A DNA stretch of 63,254 bases, filler included, from Octopus bimaculoides (GCF_001194135.2; 6 parts of 6 records of this genome joined end to end with filler, not necessarily neighbours in it); one strand, 5' to 3'; numbered from the whole stretch's first letter, positions 1 to 11,625 are shown. Numbers and translations: made by a program. The notes: generated from the sequence alone by a model not told the origin.

Positions 1-509
1 TCTATATCTATCTATATATATATTTAATAATATATGTATAGATAGATATAGACATATGTATGTGTATAGATAGATATAGACATGTATGTATGTATGATTG
101 TATGTATGTACACACACACCCGCACCCAAACTTACATACGCACACAAACGCAGACATATACATTCACAACTAACGGTGTAATACTACTCTAGTTATTTGT
201 AAGTTAGATAAATATGGTTTTGTAATACTTTAGAATGTGTGAGTGGTTTGTTGAATACTAGCTTTTTCTTTTTATAATTTAGTCAAGCGGAGAAAAAGCA
301 GCATCCAAAACTGGTACTAGCGATGAGAGAAAGGAGAAGGTAGATTAACTGTGGAGACCCGGACTGAATACTTCTTGAAGAGTATATTCCGCCAATAGCC
401 AACTAAGGGTATTAAAGGAGGTGACACGATTTCTCCCTCCCCCTGCATAGTTAACTGACATAATATATCCTTCATTATTCCACTGGTCATTATTTTAAAC
501 AACTTTTAA

Positions 510-712
510 GGCGGTGAGCTGGCAGAATCGTTTGCACGCCGAGTGAGATGCTTAGCGCTATGTCGTCCGTTGCTGCACTCTGAGTTCAAATTCCGCCGAG
601 GTCCACTTTGCCTTTCGGGGTTGATGAAAAGAATATCAGTCGAGCACTACGGTCGATATAATCGACTATCTCCCCCCACCCAATTTTAGGCCTTGTGCCC
701 ATAGTAAAAAAT
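510..712 (+). mobile_element. tRNA-derived SINE (family A)
   Basis: A-box-like tgagctggcagaatcg, B-box gagttcaaattcc and body ctttgcctttcggggttgat. A homologous copy lies at 12225-12437. Confidence 0.75.
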
Positions 713-801
713 ATTTTAAACACCTAAAAATAAATAGAAGTTAAGCCTGATTTATAAGAATCTAAAATGTACTATTCTTTCTTTATCTTTCCTTTCTTCA
801 G

Positions 802-1310
802 GTTATAAAGGCTGTTACAAAGAGTCGAAAGATGACAGAGTGTTTCCCATTTCCTCGGGAGACTATGATCAAGAATCGATCTCAGTTATCACGTGTGCGG
901 CAGCTTGCGGTGAACTCCTAGCGAAATATGCAGCTTTGTCTGATGGCAAGTTCTGTTTCTGCGGAAATAATGAACCATCTGTGACTGACAAAGTCAATTC
1001 TGCTTGTACAGTATCTTCTCCGAGCAATTCTGAGAAATGTGGAGACAGCGAGCACGTTTGTGTTTACGACTCGGCGCAACATATAACCAAATTGTCTTTA
1101 TCAGTTGCTTCGAAAGTCGATAGCGATGTTTCATTTTCTGTTGCTTTCGAACCTCCTTCGTTAAATTTGGTTTATTCAATGAATTATGGTGATGTTGGTG
1201 ACAACATGCAGAGTGAAAAGAATTTAACGGGCCTATTAAATCGGCATTATGTTCTTCCTGGAAACTTCACTGCCACTTTGTTTGCTGAAGGACACGATAA
1301 TTCAGCACCT
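802..1310 (+). CDS. PKD1: Polycystin-1-like gene, first visible exon: WSC domain plus a PKD-like domain
   Basis: Acceptor ctttcttcag (AG 800-801) and donor GTGAGT at 1311; phase 1 in, phase 0 out. Translation YKGCYKESKDDRVF...SVITCAAACGELLAKYAALSDGKFCFCGN has the WSC Cys pattern. It is followed by YSMNYGD...HYVLPGNFTATLFAE, which is PKD-like. Confidence 0.9.
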
Positions 1311-1382
1311 GTGAGTAAAACTTGATTTGTTTCAACCTTTTTTTAAAATACAGTTCTATATTTAAGAGATGAAGAATTATAT

Positions 1383-1593
1383 GCATTATTTACATTATTT
1401 ACGGATATTTGTCCTCATCTTGTTTGTTGTTAACACAACATTTCGGCCGACATAACCCTCCAGCCTTCATCGGGTGTCTTGGGGAGATTTCGAACCTGGG
1501 TTCCCATTCCTAAGGTATTTTTCGATGTTGTTGTTGTTGTTGTTATTATTATTATTATTATTATTATTGAGTGAGAGAGCAGCAGTGCATGCC

Positions 1594-1625
<32 letters not shown>

Positions 1626-1696
1626 TCACTGCCTGGAATCGAACTCGGAATCTTGGGGTTAGTAGCCCGCGCTCTTAACCACTACACCATATGCCC
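1383..1696 (-). mobile_element. tRNA-headed SINE-like element with a hammerhead motif (copy retaining the head)
   Basis: The minus strand reads GGGCATATGGTGTAGTGGTTAAGAGCGCGGGCTACTAACCCCAAGATTCCGAGTTCGATTCC (A and B boxes). A (AAT)n/(AAC)n spacer, a unique body and a hammerhead-like motif follow. Confidence 0.75.
1432..1478 (-). ncRNA. Minimal hammerhead-like ribozyme, second copy
   Basis: Stem I gacac/gtgtt, core CCGAUGA, stem II ggctgg/tcggcc with G-U pairs, then GAAAUGUU. The stem III palindrome has decayed from ACGU to AUGU. Confidence 0.5.
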
Positions 1697-1715
1697 GTTC
1701 GATTCCAGGCAGTGA

Positions 1716-1774
<59 letters not shown>

Positions 1775-1931
1775 GCAACAACATCGAAAAATACCTTAGG
1801 AATGAGAACCCAGGTTCGAAATCTACCCAAAGCACCCGATGAAGGCTGGAGGGTATACCAGCCGAAACGTTGTGTTAACAACAAACAAGATGAGGACAAA
1901 TATCCGTCAAATGTCAAATGTAAATAATGTA
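1697..1931 (+). mobile_element. 5'-truncated inverted copy of the same element
   Basis: Starts at the B-box (gttcgattccaggcagtgacctga) and is the reverse complement of 1383-1644 apart from microsatellite length and a few substitutions. Confidence 0.8.
1831..1876 (+). ncRNA. Minimal type I hammerhead-like ribozyme (U4C core variant)
   Basis: Stem I agcac/gtgtt, core CCGAUGA, extra A, stem II ggctgg/ccagcc, GAAA, palindromic ACGU in place of stem III, then UH. Confidence 0.6.
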
Positions 1932-2740
1932 CTTTTTTTATTGTGGAATTTTTTTCTTTCATTTTGTTAATACGTAACAATATTTGCTCTACATACTGAA
2001 CAATTCATTTACAAAACCTGCAAGAAACAATTAAAAATGCCCTCAGATGTCACCTTGTGATTTCAAAATAGCAAAAAGAAATAATGTAAGGATACATTTG
2101 GAAGTAATGTGATCATGACTACATTATTTGAAAGAAAATTTAAAATTAGAAGAAAAATGGGTGGAAGGTTACACTTGGAATGCTTTTGATCGTATGTCTA
2201 CTTTACAGGTTTGATCTGAAGCTAAATAACAATAACTTAACCTAAAATTGTATCATGATTAGCCAAAATGATAACTTTTCTCTGCACGTTATATTTCTGT
2301 AGGTCCATTTATGCCTACCGTATATCAATAAGATATACACTTCTTATCTTTTGAAAAATGTAATTTTAGCTTCAAAGAGAGATTAGATTTTGTGCAGCCG
2401 ATGCCATGACGTTTCGTCTTGCCTTCTCCTCAATGCATTCATTATCTGTCTCCTTAAATTTGTGCTCACTGTTGTAATGAGCCTGAATTTATTTGCAAAA
2501 TTACAAAATAGTTGTGCTAATCTAAATGCTTTGCAAACAACTTGCACATGCAAGTGCTACCAGTCGAAAGCTCCACATACCGGAAACCAGCAGGTGTATG
2601 GAGTCAACAGGAGAGAATACGCGCCGATTCGGGGGCCTACCTCGTGATGGTATCATTGTGTACCGGCTCCCCACCCTCAATGATATGAGGCCTCCTTGCT
2701 AGATCAACTGGTTGTCAAATAAAGCCCAGTATTCTTCTAG

Positions 2741-3200
2741 TCATCGCTCATCGTCTCTTTTTAACCAAATCCAGTGGCTAGCCTTTTCTAGTGTAGCTTG
2801 GATAGCGGTCATGGTGGTATTTACTTTACGATGAGTTAGGCCTAGCGATAACAACAGTCGCCTCACACTGTGTCCAACAAATCCTCTACATCCGACTTCG
2901 AGTGGAAAATGCTTCGATTTCCAGCCTGCATCTTCACATTCAACGAGGAGGTTTACATAACAGTCAGTCTTTCGAGCCTCGACTAGATTCACCACTTTCT
3001 TTCTTTCACACGCAATTAAAATGTCCGGTTTTTTCGTGACTGGGATGGGAAAGAGTCCTTGGCACACTGGTAAATCTGCAGCTACCTCCGAAGAGCCGTT
3101 CCACTTTTCATTGCTCACAGGAGGTTTCTTCTTCTTATTCTTGAAACGGATCTGTTGTCCTGACTGCATGAATGTAATGAAATCAATAGTTGATACTTTC
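2741..3200 (-). mobile_element. HERO-like non-LTR retrotransposon, 3' fragment (restriction-like endonuclease)
   Basis: The ORF ends KPDIL...GWKSKHFPLEVGCRGFVGHSVRRLLLSLG...ASHWIWLKRD*. The EVGCRGF and AS-x-WIW-x-KR motifs match HERO/NeSL-type RLE C-termini as I recall them. Confidence 0.8.
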
Positions 3201-3500
3201 AACGGTTTTTTCCCACTGTTGATGAGATATATATAAAAACGTTTGTATCTCTGTCTGTTTCCAATGCATTCTCAAATAGCTCAACTAAATCAAATCAAAT
3301 TTTACCTGGTGATACTATCACACCCCAGGAGTGTTAACATGTAATTTTTTTGGATTAAAACAATACAGCATTAGCACTGGTTCCGTATTACGTCCCAAAA
3401 ATCGAAGAATAAAAGTGAAACCTTCGACGGAGTAAGTTACGAATAGTCTCACTTTTATATTGTTTCACACGTGTATGTATGTATGGATGTATGGATGTAA

Positions 3501-3543
<43 letters not shown>

Positions 3544-3889
3544 NNNNNNNNNNNNNNNNNNNNNNNNNNNNNNNNNNNNNNNNNNNNNNNNNNNNNNNNN
3601 NNNNNNNNNNNNNNNNNNNNNNNNNNNNNNNNNNNNNNNNNNNNNNNNNNNNNNNNNNNNNNNNNNNNNNNNNNNNNNNNNNNNNNNNNNNNNNNNNNNN
3701 NNNNNNNNNNNNNNNNNNNNNNNNNNNNNNNNNNNNNNNNNNNNNNNNNNNNNNNNNNNNNNNNNNNNNNNNNNNNNNNNNNNNNNNNNNNNNNNNNNNN
3801 NNNNNNNNNNNNNNNNNNNNNNNNNNNNNNNNNNNNNNNNNNNNNNNNNNNNNNNNNNNNNNNNNNNNNNNNNNNNNNNNNNNNTAGAA

Positions 3890-4560
3890 AGAAAATTTAA
3901 ATCGATTAAAATCGATTAAAACTATCGAAGATCAATTCTATTAAAAAATATAGCTAATCTTCAGGTCAAAATACAACAATAATAATAATAAATGAATGTA
4001 TATATCAACCAAGAATAAATAACAAATGAATTTATATAAAATACTTATTATATAAAGACAGAAAAATATTATTAAAAATATCAAAATAATAAACATTCCA
4101 TGATCAACCCTACGTCCATTATAATATAAGCTAACAGGTATATTATATGCAAAAACCAACTTAAACAAATGTTTTCGTTTAAAATACAATTTGAACGAAG
4201 TTTAAGGTTAAAATAATAAAGATAGTATTAGCACATATTTAAAGGATGCAATAGTTTAAGCTAGACTATTTAAGAGTAAAAACGTTTATTTATAAGAAGT
4301 CTAGTAAAAATACTCCGTAAAGTATAGGAATAAAGATATGAATGGAAACATTATTATGAATGAATGATTAAACTTTATATAACTTAAAATCATAATAAAA
4401 AAAAGTAAGTGTACCATTTTAGCCTAAAATACGACTTCGATTTGATTAGGGTTGAAATATTTTCGATTAATACTGTATTATGCGATACATACCTAGTCTT
4501 TTTATGTTAATTTCTTTGTTTATACAATATCGTTAATGCCACTCGACCTGAAGAAAATTC
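3890..4560 (+). mobile_element. Highly decayed PLE GIY-YIG/3' region
   Basis: Broken frames resemble the PLE endonucleases at 13655-13930 and 49142-49520. The segment ends in CTGAAGA (4549-4555), cut by the next insertion. Confidence 0.35.
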
Positions 4561-4565
4561 TAATT

Positions 4566-4732
4566 GGGCCCCACCTGCGAGGTTATGCACTGTTTATCTT
4601 CATATGAGATCACCATGTCACGCACATATGGTTGTGATGCATGTGCCTGGTGTACCCTTATCAGGCGGGTATAATGGGCTCCGTATATTTTACCCCAGTG
4701 TCACTTTGATGGTATGCGTTGCTCTCTCACTC

Positions 4733-4735
<3 letters not shown>
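4566..4735 (+). mobile_element. Retroposon 3' end with an (AAT)n tail (SINE/RTE-like)
   Basis: gggccccacctgcgagg...ctctctcactc runs directly into a long (AAT)n tail. Confidence 0.55.
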
Positions 4736-4790
<55 letters not shown>

Positions 4791-4932
4791 GCTTCAAATA
4801 ATAATAATAATAATAATAATAATGGCTTCAAATAANNNNNNNNNNAATAATAATAATAATGGCTTCAAATAATAATAATAATAATAATAATAATGGCTTC
4901 AAATAATAATAATAATAATAATAATGGCTTCA

Positions 4933-4971
<39 letters not shown>

Positions 4972-4972
4972 C
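4735..4972. repeat. Composite minisatellite: (AAT)n punctuated by 5 copies of ggcttcaaat
   Basis: ggcttcaaat occurs at 4790, 4824, 4861, 4895 and 4926, separated by AAT runs of variable length. Confidence 0.9.
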
Positions 4973-4989
4973 GCAAATGTCTTTTTTAG

Positions 4990-5170
4990 GAAGTTCAAGC
5001 AGTAACAACTGTTTCTGTAGAAACGCCGGTGGTAAATGTCACCCTAGACTGTCCTGATTTAGTGGCAACGCACGAAGAGTTTGACTGTCGCGCCATTGTT
5101 CAAGAGGGAACATCACTGACTGCCACCGTTGACATTGGTGAGGGTTGGCAGAGAACCTACCCCATTGCAG
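4990..5170 (+). CDS. PKD1: Polycystin-1-like gene, exon 2
   Basis: Acceptor cttttttag (AG 4988-4989) and donor GTAAGA at 5171; phase 0 in, phase 1 out. Encodes EVQAVTTVSVETPVVNVTLDCPDLVATHEEFDCRAIVQEGTSLTATVDIGEGWQRTYPIA and continues the previous exon in frame. Confidence 0.88.
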
Positions 5171-5777
5171 GTAAGAAATGTACATTATGTATGTTCTTCC
5201 GGATTTATTTTTCAAATTTCGCTCCAATAAAATCCAAGTTTTGTTCATTGAAGTTAGACATCAACCTGATGGTTTTCATGAGTGTATGCGTGCATGCATT
5301 GTATGTTTGTGCATGCGCGTGTATGTGTTGTGTTCGATCGAGTGTATGTGTGTGCGTGTGTGCATGCGCGTATATTTAATATCATTTGGGTAATAACCGT
5401 ATAACGTGCTTTCTAAATCTCCTCTTTGTGTATCGGCAACCAGAGTAAGTATATGTGGATGTCATTGTGTTTATGAAATTTGTATATTTGTCCTCCTACT
5501 GTATGAGTTAGCTTCTCTTAAATTATCATTATCCAGTCAACTTCAGTAGAGTAGTCATCACTGTACTAAGTAGTCTTTCTAGGTATGATATACAAAGCAT
5601 ATATAAAGAAAAATTAAGATAAGCATAAGTATAAATTATTAGTTCCTACGTACGTCTCACCATTGAAGTTACTTGAAACTCAGCTGTGGATATTCCACGT
5701 GAATTTGGATACCTAACTGCAATGGTTCACCAGAGGAACACTTTATTGCGTTCAGTTACAGAGATCTAATATATATA

Positions 5778-7020
5778 CACCAGGTTGGGTATAGCTTTTT
5801 TCGGATTTTCACTGATTATTTTTTGCAACTTGTATCTCCATGTTATATCAGTAGTTTGTTATAACTTGTCCAATCTTTGCTGAATTGTTTATTCTTTATT
5901 TTCATACACAGCGTATAAACATTAATTGTTTATTCTTTATTTTGTAGTTTTGATACTGAGTGGGGGGAAATTGCAATTAGAACCATTTTACACGGCCTGT
6001 GGAAAAAAAAAGAAAAATACTGAGTGCAAAGGCAGCGGCAAAAGAAATAAATGATGTGGAAGACCCAGGAACTGTCAACGAATATGTGGCACAAAACTGG
6101 TTCAGACATTTCAAGGAAAATGACACCAGCCTCGAAGACAAACCTAGGTCAGAGAGACCTGTTGTTGAACATAATGCCTGACTTGAAATGGCTGAACAGC
6201 CCAGCACAAACACTCGTACATTGTCAGGAGAACTTGGACCTTCACAAAGCACCACCAATCTACACCTCCATAAGCTTGGCCTTGTGAACAGATGCTGTCG
6301 AGAAGCTCCTCATGAACTGACCAATGACCAAGCTCAACAATGAGTGAACAAATGCCGGAAAATCCTAGAGATGCATGATTTTAGCATCGAATTGTAAATG
6401 TGGATGAAAAATGGATGAATTTTCGTAGAAAGAATTAATGGCTTCGTTCTGACCAGGTTTTATAACCTGTTGTTAAACAAGAACGATTTGAACAGGTCAT
6501 ATTGCGTGTTTGGTACAATTTCGAGAGATGTTGCATTTGTGCTTGTCGCAGATGATAATGCTGTGAACGCTAACCTCTGTGCTCAACAACTGCAGTGAGT
6601 ACATGATGTTTTGAAAGCACGGCACCCGGCATTTGTCAATCGAAGACGTGCACTCCAACAGCAACACACTGCCTCAGCGCACATAATGGGATCAAACACA
6701 TACCTGACTAACTTGAGACGCTGGAAGTGCTGCCTCACCCTGCATACAATTCAGACCTTACTCCATCAGATTACCATCCTTTCCGAGACATGGCTCATTT
6801 CCTGAACAGACAGAGGATTGACAATGCAGAAAACAGGTGCAGGTACTTTTTTTGCCTCCAAAGCAGCCAAATAGTATAAACAAGGAATTCAGCTTCTGGC
6901 ACAACGATAGCAACAACAACAGAATATGAGATGTATTTTGAGGAATAAACACTCCTCATATATAATTTGTTTCATTAATTAAAACTGGAAATATTAAAAA
7001 TCTTTTGACTCAACCTGGTA
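5778..7020 (+). mobile_element. Mariner transposon, near full length, with a pseudogenised transposase
   Basis: Terminal inverted repeats ccaggttgggt (5780-5790) and actcaacctgg (7008-7018) in TA context, about 1.24 kb apart. Fragments WFRHFKENDTSLEDKPRSERP, PHELT, IVNVDEKW and PHPAYNSDLTPSDYH carry stops and frameshifts. Confidence 0.9.
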
Positions 7021-7061
7021 TATACATACATACATGCATACATACATACATACATACATAT

Positions 7062-7104
<43 letters not shown>

Positions 7105-7724
7105 NNNNNNNNNNNNNNNNNNNNNNNNNNNNNNNNNNNNNNNNNNNNNNNNNNNNNNNNNNNNNNNNNNNNNNNNNNNNNNNNNNNNNNNNNNNNNNNN
7201 NNNNNNNNNNNNNNNNNNNNNNNNNNNNNNNNNNNNNNNNNNNNNNNNNNNNNNNNNNNNNNNNNNNNNNNNNNNNNNNNNNNNNNNNNNNNNNNNNNNN
7301 NNNNNNNNNNNNNNNNNNNNNNNNNNNNNNNNNNNNNNNNNNNNNNNNNNNNNNNNNNNNNNNNNNNNNNNNNNNNNNNNNNNNNNNNNNNNNNNNNNNN
7401 NNNNNNNNNNNNNNNNNNNNNNNNNNNNNNNNNNNNNNNNNNNNNNNNNNNNNNNNNNNNNNNNNNNNNNNNNNNNNNNNNNNNNNNNNNNNNNNNNNNN
7501 NNNNNNNNNNNNNNNNNNNNNNNNNNNNNNNNNNNNNNNNNNNNNNNNNNNNNNNNNNNNNNNNNNNNNNNNNNNNNNNNNNNNNNNNNNNNNNNNNNNN
7601 NNNNNNNNNNNNNNNNNNNNNNNNNNNNNNNNNNNNNNNNNNNNNNNNNNNNNNNNNNNNNNNNNNNNNNNNNNNNNNNNNNNNNNNNNNNNNNNNNNNN
7701 NNNNNNNNNNNNNNNNNNNNNNNN

Positions 7725-8425
7725 AAGTGGCTCTATTTAATTGAACAATGCAATCGTTACATCAGTTTAAATACAGCGCTATCTTCAGCTGCACAAATAT
7801 GGATTTTCAACAGACAAGATATATTAATATAATTTTTCTTGAATATTCTAACAGAGCAAGAGGATTGAAGAATTTCATGTCACTATTGTAGCAAGAATAG
7901 ATAAGAGAAGAACAAACTACAATTTTTTAGAGTGGGAGTGATAGGGATGTAAATATTTCCAATTTATCTATCGCCTTATTATCAACAAAAATCTAAGACT
8001 AAAAGACTGCGTATAGTTAGAATAAAGAGCAAAGTGAGTTGACAGCTAATAGCTGGCTGTTAGTCATAAATTTCATGCTGTCACAAGTATGCCTCAAACC
8101 GCAAGAACAAAAAACAAAACTTTAGAAAGAGTCAATTAGATAGTAGTAAATGTCTATAAAAGAAGTAGGCAGGTGTGACATTTATTCATGATGTTGTTAC
8201 CAGTTAAAGGGATAAACACTATGAAAATATTAGGGGCTCAGGAAAACATGAGGGGTTCAGTGGGAGAACGTTTATAAGCAATATTATTATGTTGTATAAA
8301 AATAGAAGTAAAATTTTTAAAAATTCTAGAGTGGGATATAATAATCAAGTTAGCTAAAAGGGATTTATAGATCAATTTAAACAGTAAAAAGAAGATTACT
8401 ATTATGTAAAATCAACTTAATACCT
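7725..8425 (-). repeat. Left arm of a ~700-bp inverted repeat (hammerhead-bearing element)
   Basis: Reverse complement of 10891-11610 with scattered substitutions and short indels; truncated by the N gap at 7724. Confidence 0.9.
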
Positions 8426-8664
8426 CATCTTTACTTAATTAATTATTAGGTGGTCACTATAAAGACTACTTGCATATGGAATTCATCTGGGAAGGTATAC
8501 ATACTATCTATAGATTGAAAGTAAGGAATCAGAAGCAGGCTAATAAGATAAATGATAATATATAGACATAATTAAATAGAAGTGTACAAGAAAAGTGTGT
8601 ACTGGTATAAGTAGGTGTAATAGTATAAAAATAAGGCATACAGATACATATACAAAAAGGGATT

Positions 8665-8709
<45 letters not shown>

Positions 8710-9269
8710 NNNNNNNNNNNNNNNNNNNNNNNNNNNNNNNNNNNNNNNNNNNNNNNNNNNNNNNNNNNNNNNNNNNNNNNNNNNNNNNNNNNNNNNNNNN
8801 NNNNNNNNNNNNNNNNNNNNNNNNNNNNNNNNNNNNNNNNNNNNNNNNNNNNNNNNNNNNNNNNNNNNNNNNNNNNNNNNNNNNNNNNNNNNNNNNNNNN
8901 NNNNNNNNNNNNNNNNNNNNNNNNNNNNNNNNNNNNNNNNNNNNNNNNNNNNNNNNNNNNNNNNNNNNNNNNNNNNNNNNNNNNNNNNNNNNNNNNNNNN
9001 NNNNNNNNNNNNNNNNNNNNNNNNNNNNNNNNNNNNNNNNNNNNNNNNNNNNNNNNNNNNNNNNNNNNNNNNNNNNNNNNNNNNNNNNNNNNNNNNNNNN
9101 NNNNNNNNNNNNNNNNNNNNNNNNNNNNNNNNNNNNNNNNNNNNNNNNNNNNNNNNNNNNNNNNNNNNNNNNNNNNNNNNNNNNNNNNNNNNNNNNNNNN
9201 NNNNNNNNNNNNNNNNNNNNNNNNNNNNNNNTCTCTAAATTATGTACATATATATATATATATGTGTAT

Positions 9270-9308
<39 letters not shown>

Positions 9309-10009
9309 CACGCTTATATAAAGAATATTGTATAATTATTTGGTGTAAATATAAGTAACTGAAAAATATCAACTGAAAAACCATATTGAACCACATCTTA
9401 ACCTACATGCGTGCGGAGAGGAGATGCAACATGCTCAACTATTCATAGTATGCTATACCAATATAAGCGACGGTAAATAGGAATGCAAAATTTAAAATTC
9501 AATACCATACAAAATTTAACAATATAAAGTTAAAACATAAAGGATAAGAGATTAATAAGGTAAACATAACAAAATAAGAAATCAAAATAATAAGAATTAA
9601 TAAAAAATAGTAAGAAATATATTTAAAGACAGGGAATTAAAATTTATAACAGGAAAAGATAAAGGTAGCCTAAAAGGGGTAATAGGTATGGAAATAATGA
9701 GGACAGTTTAAGGTATTCATACTGAAGTGGTTTTATAAGTTATATTACAGGTGCTATTGTATGTATGATTGTATAGTTCTTACGGAGTATAAGATTTAGT
9801 CAAGGGAGACTTACTATTTCAAAATCATTACAAATATACCTAATATGACTGATAGGGTAGAAATTCATAGAAGGAAAGAATAGGATGAAATCAGACTACC
9901 GAGGCAGGGGTTACCATAGGGTAATGTTACATATAATACATTACATAACATAATACATAGCACATTATATATGTGACGTAACATATTATACTATATAATA
10001 TAATATCCT

Positions 10010-10860
10010 ATATTAGAGTGTAAGTTATAAAGGATACAACGTCCGAAGTTATTTTCCACCACCAAATCCCAAGTATGATAAATATACTATTATTAGTTTC
10101 GAAAATACATAAATGTGCGGGTGATGCTATGCATGTTAGGTTTAATCTATCATCAATAAGGCCGTTCTTGTCTTTGTATTTAAAAATCTCATAAATTTCC
10201 ATAGAACAAAGCTCACATCCATATCTACTATCTCTATAAGGCTGCGCCCTCCGTATTATATCTCATTTAAGGCTAAATCTAATCCCACTTTCCTTAAGTT
10301 CTCAGATCTTACTAAACAATGAAAGATGGTTATTAATACGTTTTTTTCATATTTATCGAACACTCTATATAGATAAAACTACCAATTTTAGTCATAGTCG
10401 TTCATCTGTAATCTGCGTTTTGGATTAAACAGCGACCTCATGAAGGGCAATGGGATTTTACTCTACAATTGCAACCTTGAGCATTACTGCTATTAATATT
10501 ATTGATACTACTACTACTACTACTACTACTACTATAATTAATATCAGCATTATATTTGCTGCTTCCTTCAACTATAGTATCATTTAAATTCATTGCAGCA
10601 CCACCAGGTACTGCATCAGTAATACCTGGGCTAGTATAAACATCGGAGTCACAGTTTATATTATACATATTAGATAGGTTGTTCCGGATTCTTACATATC
10701 TCTTATTATTATCATCATTACAGGGGTTTAAATCATTATTAACAATACAAATATTATTATTAATTCCTCTTGCTAATTTTATATTCCTTCTATTAAACAT
10801 GGCTATGATGGTACGTATATTGGGGATTCTGATCGTCTTACAGGAAAATATACCATTATA
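10010..10860 (-). mobile_element. PLE linker plus GIY-YIG endonuclease remnant
   Basis: CNCRVKSHCP linker, then CLIQNADYR...GSFIYIECSINMKKRINNHLSLF and ...MEIYEIFKYKDKNGLIDDRLNL, with stops. Confidence 0.7.
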
Positions 10861-10890
10861 TCTATGAGATGTAGGGAAGCTTTATCTCAA

Positions 10891-11625
10891 AGGTATTAAG
10901 TTGATTCTACATAATAGTAATCTTCTTTTTAATGTTTAAATTAATCTATAAATCTCTTAGCTAACTTGATTATGATATCCCACTCTAGAATTTTTTAAAA
11001 TTTAATTTAATTTTTATACAACATAATATTATTTATAAGCGTTCTCCCACTGAGCCCCTAATGTTTTCCTAGATCTTATTGTAGCATCCTAAGTTTCATA
11101 GTGTTTGGCCCTTTAACTGGTAACAACATCATGAATTAATGTCACCCCTACCTACTTCTCTTATAGACATTTACTACTATCTAATTGACTCTTTCTAAAG
11201 TTTTGTTTCTTTTTCTTGTGGTTTGAGGCATACTTGTGACAGCATGAAATTTATGACTAACAGCCAGCTATTAGCTGTCAACTCACTTTGCTCTTTATTC
11301 TAACTATACGCAGTCTTCTAGTCTTAGATTTTTGTTGATAATAAGGCGATAGATAAATTGGAAATAATTACATCCCTATGACTCCCACTGTGTTCCATGC
11401 CACTCTAAAAAATTGTAGTTTGTTCTTCTCTTATCTATTCTTGCTACAATAGTGACATGAAATTCTTCAATCCTCTTGCTCTGTTAAAATATTCACGAAA
11501 AATTATATTAATATATCTTGTCTGTTGAAAATCCATATTTGTGCAGCTAAAGATAACACTGTATTTAAATTGATGTAACGATTGCATTGTTCAGGTAAAT
11601 AGAGCCGCTTGAAACAGTCGTACTG
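10891..11625 (+). repeat. Right arm of the ~700-bp inverted repeat, ending in a hammerhead-like motif
   Basis: Aligns by eye to 7725-8425 in the opposite orientation. Its 3' end reads cag-CTAAAGA-long stem II-GAAAC-AGTC-GTA-ctg (11544-11625). Confidence 0.88.

Noticed and set aside
1621-1696. Possible tRNA gene (A/B boxes, ACT anticodon-like loop)
   Set aside because: The acceptor and anticodon stems pair poorly and it is joined to a repeat body. I treat it as a SINE head.
4735-4972. CRISPR-like look of a constant 10-mer separated by variable spacers
   Set aside because: The spacers are only AAT runs of different length, the context is a eukaryotic intron, and there are no cas genes.
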